20,380 nucleotides of DNA from NCBI GenBank assembly GCA_039683575.1, contig JBDKRC010000095.1, forward strand, positions 1-20,380, written 5' to 3'. The notes under the pieces are model-generated. The model was given only the letters and a program-made list of their open reading frames with translations, did no database searches and was not told where the DNA came from. Shown piece after piece: positions 1-6,570 of the stretch. Every line of letters begins with the position of its first letter. Position 1 is the stretch's first letter. The translations under genes and the position numbers were made by a program. This DNA comes from Armatimonadia bacterium (GTDB lineage Bacteria; Armatimonadota; Zipacnadia; Zipacnadales; UBA11051).

Positions 1-126
1 GGCCTCCCAACCAAGGGCGCACAAGCCGACAGGCCACCAACCCGCCTCCGACCACCCCTGGCGCAAGTCCTACAAAGGGACATTTCTAGCTGGCAGATAG
101 AGGGACATTTCTACTTTGCGTTGACA
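1..126 (+). mobile_element. Right end of an IS1202-family (ISNCY, IS481-related) insertion sequence
   Basis: The end reads AGGGACATTTCTACTTTGCGTTGACA (reverse complement TGTCAACGCAAAGTAGAAATGTCCCT, a TGT terminus). The motif AGGGACATTTCTA occurs twice (76-88, 101-113), like repeated transposase-binding sites. It is preceded by a transposase-type C-terminus. Confidence 0.8.
2..100 (+). CDS. C-terminal fragment of ISNCY/IS1202-type transposase (5' cut by window edge)
   Basis: Frame 2 reads ASQPRAHKPTGHQPASDHPWRKSYKGTFLAGR* (TAG 98-100). PxxDHPWR is the typical tail of this transposase group. Not in the ORF track. Confidence 0.78.
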   Translation, partial: ASQPRAHKPTGHQPASDHPWRKSYKGTFLAGR

Positions 127-296
127 GTAGCTGATACTACCGTCGAATTATATGACACCAACGCCGCAAAAAGTGTCCCTGACGCGACAAACGAAGTTAA
201 CCAATGTAACGATTTGGGCCGTTCTTGGCGCTGCAGGGTAAGGTTGCCAAAGTGGCGAAGGAAGTGGCAGTCAGTACCTGTATGGGAGGAGTGGCT

Positions 297-1115
297 ATGC
301 CTCGTCGTGGTCCACATTTGACGGAACTCTTCAGCCTGGACGGCAAAGTTGCGATGGTTACCGGCGGCGCCCAGAACCTGGGCCTCGACATGGCCGAGGC
401 ACTCGCCGAGGCTGGGGCCAGCCTCGTGATAACCTCGCGCCAACTCGAAAAGGCCGAGAGTACTGCCGCCGACATGCAGAGCTACCTGGAAGCGGAGATT
501 CTGCCCCTGGGACTGGATGTCACGGACGAGGAGGCCGTGCAGAAGGCCTTCCAGCAGGTCTCAGAGCGGTTTGGACGGCTCGACGTGCTGGTCTGCAACG
601 CCGGCGGGGCCAAGCTGACAGGCAAGGGCGTCAACACCGACACGATGGAGCCGGAGGACTGGGAATACGTCATGCGGGTCAACCTCAGGGGCACCTTCCT
701 GTGCTGCAGGGCCGCGCTGCCGGTCATGAAGGCCCAGGGGAGTGGGTCCATTATCATAGTAGCCTCCATGAGCGGCATGATCGGCCGCGACCGCTGCGTC
801 TACGAGGGTAGCCCCGAAATGGTCCCCAACATGACCGCCTACAGTTGCGCCAAAAGTGGCCTGATAGGCTTCATGAGGGACTTGGCGGCCGAAAACGGCA
901 AATACGGCATCCGCGCCAACTGCATCTCCCCCGGAGGATTCGAGCGCGGCCAGCCCGAAGAGTTCATCAGAAGATACAACAAACAGAGCATCCTGGGCCG
1001 CATGGGCAAGGACGGGACAGACCTGAAAGGCGCGGCAGCCTATCTAGCCTCCGACGCCGCAGCCTTCGTAACAGGCCATAATCTGGTTGTAGATGGCGGG
1101 TTTACGGCGTGGTAG
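297..1115 (+). CDS. SDR family NAD(P)-dependent oxidoreductase (gluconate 5-dehydrogenase-like), 272 aa
   Basis: TGGAQNLG Rossmann motif, NAG, catalytic S...YSCAK, NCISPGG, VTGHNLVVDGG tail. RBS GGAGGA precedes ATG 297, preferred over 225. Confidence 0.93.
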   Translation: MPRRGPHLTELFSLDGKVAMVTGGAQNLGLDMAEALAEAGASLVITSRQLEKAESTAADMQSYLEAEILPLGLDVTDEEAVQKAFQQVSERFGRLDVLVCNAGGAKLTGKGVNTDTMEPEDWEYVMRVNLRGTFLCCRAALPVMKAQGSGSIIIVASMSGMIGRDRCVYEGSPEMVPNMTAYSCAKSGLIGFMRDLAAENGKYGIRANCISPGGFERGQPEEFIRRYNKQSILGRMGKDGTDLKGAAAYLASDAAAFVTGHNLVVDGGFTAW

Positions 1116-2365
1116 GATGCGAAGACGCGGACGGCAAGCGGGTGACGAAGGAGGATGCGGCTGGCTTCACGCGGTTCATCTATCAGGGGCCGGACATGCT
1201 GGCGCTGCTGCAGGAGCGTGATGAGGCTGGGAATGTCGTGGCGCACTACACGATGGGGGAGGGGCTGGAGGCGATGCGGCGGAGCGAAGAGAGCCGGTTC
1301 TATCACTACGACTGGCTGGGGAGCACGTTCGAGCTGACGGATGCGGCAGCGGCGGTGACGGATGAGTATCTGTATGATGCGTGGGGGAATGCGCTGGCGG
1401 CGAGTGGGGCGACGCTGAACCCGCATCGGTATGTGGGGCGGGAGAGGTACTACACTGAATCGGAATCAAGTCTGCAGCAGTTGGCCTTGAGGTCTTACCG
1501 CGCCTCAAGCGCCTCCTTCCTATCCACTGATCCTCTGCCAATTCGGTCCGCGAGGTCAAGTTACGCCTACGCGTCTGGAAGCCCGGCTCGTTTCATAGAT
1601 CCGTCTGGAGCTCAGTCGGTGTCACCCGACGGCCTTTCCACAATCATCTTTTTACTGTCGCTTCTGGGTGCCGAAGAATACTACCGGCGGAAGGTCATCT
1701 CGGCATTCAATGAAACTGACCGCATAATGTCAGACTCGAGAAGCATTGATCAGGACAAGGCGAAGGCACTGCGTGCATTCTGGGACAAATTGGCACGGCT
1801 GGCGAGACCTTATTTCCCAACGGCGATACGACAACTCGATCTGTGGATGAACGCGCGGTTGAGGGCTGGCGCAGTGGAGCCCATACCCTGGAGCGTTCTT
1901 GAGGGTGCTCCTCCGGTGCAACGGTTCGAGGCGGCGACTGAGGAGCGGATTCGCCGCACCTATGCCGGCAGGAGGTGCAGTGAGAGGTGGCAGGATGGGC
2001 CCAGACATTCGGACCTGATCGGTGAGACCACCCGGGAGATGCTGCCTTTCGGGCTTGACGCGTACGGGACTTTCTTCCGATTCCATGTGCACGCGAAGGC
2101 TTCTGGGTTCAATCCCAAGCGGCCTACTGCGGGCCTGCGCATTCCTCCCGGATTGGGGAGGACGTATACGATCAAGTACTGGGTTTCCGACAAATACGAC
2201 ATGCACGGCGAAGAAGGTTGGAAGGTGCGAGCGATATGGGTAGACATACCCGACAAGTGGGGCACCGAGTGGCAGCGTCTGTTCCCAGCCGCCCCCGGGC
2301 ATTCGCACGCGTTTCGCCAGCATAGCGAGGTTGTGCGGGATGTTTGGACTTACTGTGTGGAATGA
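1109..2365 (+). CDS. N-terminally truncated (orphan) RHS repeat-associated core protein with unknown C-terminal toxin domain
   Basis: YHYDWLGS, YLYDAWGN, NPHRYVG, FLSTDP...YAYASGSPARFIDPSG core-end signature (DPSG at 1598-1609), followed by a 251-aa variable tip. The start is uncertain (GTG 1109 overlapping the SDR stop, or ATG 1196). Confidence 0.88.
   Translation: MVGCEDADGKRVTKEDAAGFTRFIYQGPDMLALLQERDEAGNVVAHYTMGEGLEAMRRSEESRFYHYDWLGSTFELTDAAAAVTDEYLYDAWGNALAASGATLNPHRYVGRERYYTESESSLQQLALRSYRASSASFLSTDPLPIRSARSSYAYASGSPARFIDPSGAQSVSPDGLSTIIFLLSLLGAEEYYRRKVISAFNETDRIMSDSRSIDQDKAKALRAFWDKLARLARPYFPTAIRQLDLWMNARLRAGAVEPIPWSVLEGAPPVQRFEAATEERIRRTYAGRRCSERWQDGPRHSDLIGETTREMLPFGLDAYGTFFRFHVHAKASGFNPKRPTAGLRIPPGLGRTYTIKYWVSDKYDMHGEEGWKVRAIWVDIPDKWGTEWQRLFPAAPGHSHAFRQHSEVVRDVWTYCVE
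1124..1218 (+). repeat. Direct repeat copy 1 (RHS core segment DADGKRVTKEDA.GFTRFIYQGPDMLALLQER)
   Basis: 91/95 nt identical to 4060-4154 (offset 2936) by manual comparison. Confidence 0.95.
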
Positions 2366-2410
2366 AGTGCGGGGCAACTCCCGCTGATGGGATGAGAGGA
2401 CCACCCGCAA

Positions 2411-3235
2411 ATGTTGTACACGGTGTCAGACTCTGATGTGATACTGGCCAGGGCGAGCGAGGTATTGGTGGCACTGGTGATATCCCTGATCATTGTCTCG
2501 CGCGCCTATGGACGAGACAGCCTCTGGACAAGATGGGTCCTGGCTATGTTCTCCGCGGCTGTCGTTGGGGTAACACTCGGTACAGCAAGCGTTGCCTCTG
2601 CGGTGGACAGTGACCCGCAATCAGCGCTGAAGGCCGTGGGTCCATTTCTGTCCGCTGCACTTGCGTTGACCGCCGGGTTGGGGAGAGCCCTGGTCACCAC
2701 GACTGCCGCAACCGCACGTGCCAGAATCGCGGTTGTCTGGTTGATCATCTCCTGTGTGACGCCGTGGGCGTGGTCGTGTTCTTGGGCGCTACTGCGTTAT
2801 CCGCTCACGTACCGAGAGGTGAAGTTTGCTGCCCATCTTCCGGATAGCGGCATCGCTCTCTGGAATGGAACGCCGATAGTCTACCGCGACGAGATTCCCC
2901 CTAACCAGGGTTTCCGCGGAGACGTGCGGATCTCTTTGGGCGGACAGGGACAGGTCTGGCATCACGTCTTTCCTCGAGTGGAGCACGCCTGCCGACAGCA
3001 TTGGCAACTGAGTGTGCCGCCAGGCAGATATCGTTTGGCACTTACTGGTTACATGATAGACGATGGCGGTCGGTTCTCACGTCTCTCCTATGGGTGGGAC
3101 CTTACTGTGTTTCCCGAAGCGCGCATGCTCCTGGTCATTCAGGGGTTTCGACGGGCCACCCGAGTGGTCGTCTTCCCCCGAGCCCAGGAAGGTGAGTTGC
3201 GGCGGCCTCGCGCTGTAATTGTCCTGAGAGGTTAG
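2411..3235 (+). CDS. Putative immunity protein: about 4 TM helices plus about 150-aa soluble C-terminal domain (paralog of 4215-5072)
   Basis: Directly follows the RHS tip, with AGAGGA upstream. Has four hydrophobic segments. Shares VDSDPQS, LPD.GI.LWNG.PIV.R.E.PP.Q..RGDV, H.FP.V and VIQ.F....RVV.FP with 4215-5072. The immunity role is inferred from position. Confidence 0.8.
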   Translation: MLYTVSDSDVILARASEVLVALVISLIIVSRAYGRDSLWTRWVLAMFSAAVVGVTLGTASVASAVDSDPQSALKAVGPFLSAALALTAGLGRALVTTTAATARARIAVVWLIISCVTPWAWSCSWALLRYPLTYREVKFAAHLPDSGIALWNGTPIVYRDEIPPNQGFRGDVRISLGGQGQVWHHVFPRVEHACRQHWQLSVPPGRYRLALTGYMIDDGGRFSRLSYGWDLTVFPEARMLLVIQGFRRATRVVVFPRAQEGELRRPRAVIVLRG

Positions 3236-3381
3236 GGCAGTCGCTGACGCACTCTCTTGCGCGTTCAGTACTTCCACCCGTTGCGTCGTCCAGCAGAACC
3301 ACTGCGGCCTCTCACCTGCCGATGCAATGATGCATATAGGCATGATAGTATCGACCAGATGACGAGTGAGGAGCAGCTCTG

Positions 3382-4203
3382 ATGGGTTACAAGCTGACCT
3401 TCGCCTACGACAACCGGGGCAATCTGACTGATGTGACCGATCAGGACAACGCCACGACACACTACGTCTACGACGACGACAGTCGTATGACGTCGGTCAC
3501 GAACCCCTTCGATGAGGCGACGGGGTACGTGTACTCCCCCGGCGGGCGGGTGGAAAAGCGCCTGCTGGGGAATGACTGCGTGACCTACTACGGCTACGAT
3601 GAGGCCGGGCAGGTCAGCAAAGTGGACAATCGCGGGCCGGGGATGTCGGTGATCTCCAGCTTTGAGTATGAGCGGGACCCGCGTGGCAACCCGACGCGAA
3701 TCACGCGCGAGGATGGATCGGTGGTGGACTATGGCTATGACGCCAAGAGCCAGCTGACCAGCGAGGTGCACAAGGACCCGCTGGGGACGACGATTTACGC
3801 CTGGGAGTGGGACTACGACGCCTCGGGGAACCGGGAGTACCAGGTCTTCAACGGCGTGCGGACCGACTACACGTATGACCTGGCGAATCAGTTGCTTTCG
3901 GAGACGACGGGCAACCAGACGACGCGGTACCGCTATGACGCCTGTGGGAACCTGATCACACAGCGGAATGCGGAGGGCCTGACACGGTACCGGTGGGACT
4001 ACAACAACCGCCTGACGCAGCTCGACCAGCCGGGGGATGTGCACAGCTACTTTGGGTATGACGCGGACGGCAAGCGGGTGACGAAGGAGGATGCGGAGGG
4101 GTTCACGCGGTTCATCTACCAGGGGCCGGACATGCTGGCGCTGCTGCAGGAGCGGGACGGGGCGGGGGAACTGGGAGTGAGACGGGTCTGCTGCCACAAG
4201 TAG
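3382..4203 (+). pseudogene. Internal RHS/YD-repeat core fragment lacking N-terminus, DPxG signature and toxin domain
   Basis: About ten YD repeats (YDNRGNLT, YDDDSRMT, YDEAGQVS, YDAKSQLT, YDASGNRE, YDLANQLL, YDACGNLI, YDADGKRV). Breaks after LLQERDGAGE into LGVRRVCCHK*. An RBS (GAGGAG) before ATG 3382 means it may still be translated. Confidence 0.85.
4060..4154 (+). repeat. Direct repeat copy 2 (RHS core segment)
   Basis: 91/95 nt identical to 1124-1218. Confidence 0.95.
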
Positions 4204-4214
4204 CGGGAGACGCG

Positions 4215-5072
4215 ATGCCTTTTCAGATTCCGTATACGCCACTGAACTCTGTTGACGCCCTCTTCGGGGTTGCCCTGACAGGACTCTTGGTCGCTGTCGG
4301 TCTGAACTTGCTTGTCCGCTGGCGGCCGGAAGCGAGACCGTGGTGCAGCTGGATCTGCGCAGCAGTTTCTGCCGTGATCTTCGGCGCGACTTTTGGCACC
4401 TCGGCGGTTTCGTCAGTGGTCGACAGCGACCCGCAGTCGTCGGCGACGAACCTGATCCCGCGAGTGGCTGCGCTTGCCATTTTCTGGGCTGCTGTGGACC
4501 TGCGAAAGTCAGCTGAGGGATGGTCGCCACGGACACTTGGGATGGCTCTGGTGTGGCCAGTGCTTGTGGCCGGGATCTCCTGGGGATGGTGGGAGTCATG
4601 GCACCTTCTGGGGCGCCCCCTGACGTTCATGGAGATCGAGGCGGCAGCGTCTTTGCCGGATGAGGGTATTTGCCTCTGGAACGGCCCCCCCATTGTGCAC
4701 CGAGGTGAGAGCCCGCCCCGGCAGGTACTGCGGGGAGACGTGCTCATGTGCGTCACTTACTTGTCGCCTCCCCGCCAGACCATTCGGCACGAGTTTCCTG
4801 ACGTGCACCTGCAGTGGCGCCAGTCGTGGCCGCGACGACTTCGACCGGGGCCCCATAGCTATGCCTTGGTTACGTCCATGCGGCTTGGTCGACGGGAACC
4901 GACGATAGAGACCTTCCGTTGGGAGTCTGGCGTGCGAGAAGACCCAGGGATCATGGTGATACAATGCTTCGACGCGAACCCTCGGGTGGTCCTGTTCCCA
5001 TCGCGAGCTAACGGGCCGCGGCGCCCATATGCAGTGGTGAATCTGAGGGCGTGTAGGCCGCCGAGGCCTTAG
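4215..5072 (+). CDS. Putative orphan immunity protein: about 4 TM plus soluble domain (paralog of 2411-3235)
   Basis: RBS GGGAG shortly before ATG, 11 nt after the RHS fragment stop. Motifs are collinear with 2411-3235. Confidence 0.8.
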   Translation: MPFQIPYTPLNSVDALFGVALTGLLVAVGLNLLVRWRPEARPWCSWICAAVSAVIFGATFGTSAVSSVVDSDPQSSATNLIPRVAALAIFWAAVDLRKSAEGWSPRTLGMALVWPVLVAGISWGWWESWHLLGRPLTFMEIEAAASLPDEGICLWNGPPIVHRGESPPRQVLRGDVLMCVTYLSPPRQTIRHEFPDVHLQWRQSWPRRLRPGPHSYALVTSMRLGRREPTIETFRWESGVREDPGIMVIQCFDANPRVVLFPSRANGPRRPYAVVNLRACRPPRP

Positions 5073-5313
5073 GAACGGGCTGCGGAGCGGTTGCCAACGG
5101 CCGAAATCAGGCGAAACCACGGGACACCATACATAGGTCCCTGATCGCGGTCACTAGCAATGACGCTCAGGTCGCATCCTGCAGAGCTATCTTCTCCAAA
5201 TCCGACACCAGGGAGAGTTGCATGGACGACTCACTGGGAGAGCAAACGGCGAAAAAGTGGAAAAGACTGACTCTGGAAGCCGCACCATTGATGGGGGCAG
5301 GTCAGGTGCTCCA

Positions 5314-5814
5314 ATGATGAAGCATGTTCTCACGCGAACGGTCCAGGCCATGGGATACCTATTGGTGTTCTATGTGGTCTCTATGGCCATCAGCGTCGTA
5401 CTATGGGCTTTGGTGGGGGGGGCCGCAGTCGAGACTATACAGGCGGCACTATCGTGGACCGGAATACGTGGTGATCAGCAACCGCAGACACCTTTGCCCT
5501 ACACCTTCATCTGCCAGTCCGTTCTTGTTGCTGCCGCCTTTGGCTCGTCAATCGCAAGCCCAGGTCTTGGCCGCTGGCGCATGCTGTTGCCTGTGATTCC
5601 GCTCAGCGTGATTGTCTTGTACCTTTCTGCAGAGTTAGGGTTTGCGCAACAACTGCTGCAACATGATACGCTGCGGAACCAGAGCGTGATGTTATATACG
5701 AGCGGCATCCGGAGCCTGATCATCTCGACAATAATGTCAGTGCCTGGCGTATTTGCCGCCGCATGGCTTGGTGCAATGCTCCGACCAGCATCCACACGTC
5801 TGCAAGACAGATGA
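5314..5814 (+). CDS. Hypothetical integral membrane protein (about 4 TM), possible further orphan immunity gene
   Basis: MMKHVLTRTVQAMGYLLVFYVVSM..., with four hydrophobic stretches and lower GC. ATG 5314 chosen over TTG 5218. Confidence 0.65.
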   Translation: MMKHVLTRTVQAMGYLLVFYVVSMAISVVLWALVGGAAVETIQAALSWTGIRGDQQPQTPLPYTFICQSVLVAAAFGSSIASPGLGRWRMLLPVIPLSVIVLYLSAELGFAQQLLQHDTLRNQSVMLYTSGIRSLIISTIMSVPGVFAAAWLGAMLRPASTRLQDR

Positions 5815-5963
5815 CTCTCCTGCGACGTTCACAAGTGTCCGCCGTAGTGTGCCACCATTCACTTCTACAGCGCCGATACTTTGGTTGTGGATGGTGGGTC
5901 TACGGCTTGGTAGAGGCGTGACGGCAGGGAAAACGTCACTAGGCCAAACAAAGGAGGAGCGAC

Positions 5964-6374
5964 ATGGGTGCAAAGGTGGCTTGTCCGAAATGCGGCGAGG
6001 AGAACTACCCGACTGACCGGCAATGCCTGTCGTGTGGCACAGCGCTTCAGGCAGCCGCCAAGCCCGCTCCAGCGGCGGCCCCGGCGGCGACACCGGTCGC
6101 TGCCAAGGCTCCTGAGAAGCCTGCAGCGGCGCCCAACGCTCAGATGGAGTGGTATCTGTGGGCGCCGGCGGTGCTGCCTATGGGCATCATGATCTTCACC
6201 CGTGGCGGGGCCATCTGGGGGGCGATGGGCGGGGCGCTGGTGGGGCTCAACATGTGGGTTGGCAAGAAGAGCGACATCAATCTGGGGCTGCGGATTGGCA
6301 TTATGCTGGCAATCAGCGCGCTGGCGTATGGGATTGTGATCCCGCTGGTGATTGCGGCGAGTAAGTTGGATTAG
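5964..6374 (+). CDS. Zinc-ribbon domain membrane protein
   Basis: CPKCG...CLSCG, an Ala/Pro linker and three hydrophobic segments. Strong RBS AAGGAGG and host-like codon usage. Confidence 0.88.
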   Translation: MGAKVACPKCGEENYPTDRQCLSCGTALQAAAKPAPAAAPAATPVAAKAPEKPAAAPNAQMEWYLWAPAVLPMGIMIFTRGGAIWGAMGGALVGLNMWVGKKSDINLGLRIGIMLAISALAYGIVIPLVIAASKLD

Positions 6375-6508
6375 CAGTCCAGAATTGAGTCACTGGACAG
6401 GCAGGGCAGGGCTGACCCGCCTGGCTGGAAGCCGGGCTCCATTGGCGTCATCTCGCGAGGCGACCGCTGCGGTCGCAGGGATGCCGCTCGTACGGCTGCC
6501 TCGGAGCC

Positions 6509-6533
6509 GTCGGGGCTGGAAGCCCCTCCCACC
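6509..6533 (-). repeat. REP-like palindrome in convergent intergenic region
   Basis: Minus strand GGTGGGAGGGGCTTCCAGCCCCGAC: GTGG tetramer plus GGGGCT/AGCCCC stem. The core GGCTGGAAGCC also occurs at 6423-6433. Confidence 0.6.
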
Positions 6534-6570
6534 TATGCTGGGCCACAGATAGCTGGGAGACTGCCCGCAG

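Noticed and set aside
127-160. Possible Xer/dif site next to the IS1202-type end
   Set aside because: Minus-strand GGTGTCATATAA loosely resembles a XerC arm, but there is no XerD arm (TTATGTTAAAT-like) at 6-8 bp.
1124-4154. Repeat pair as a diversity-generating retroelement TR/VR
   Set aside because: The four mismatches are not adenine-specific and no reverse transcriptase is present.
3265-4599. 444-aa minus-strand ORF
   Set aside because: Antisense to the RHS fragment and immunity gene, which carry clear motifs.
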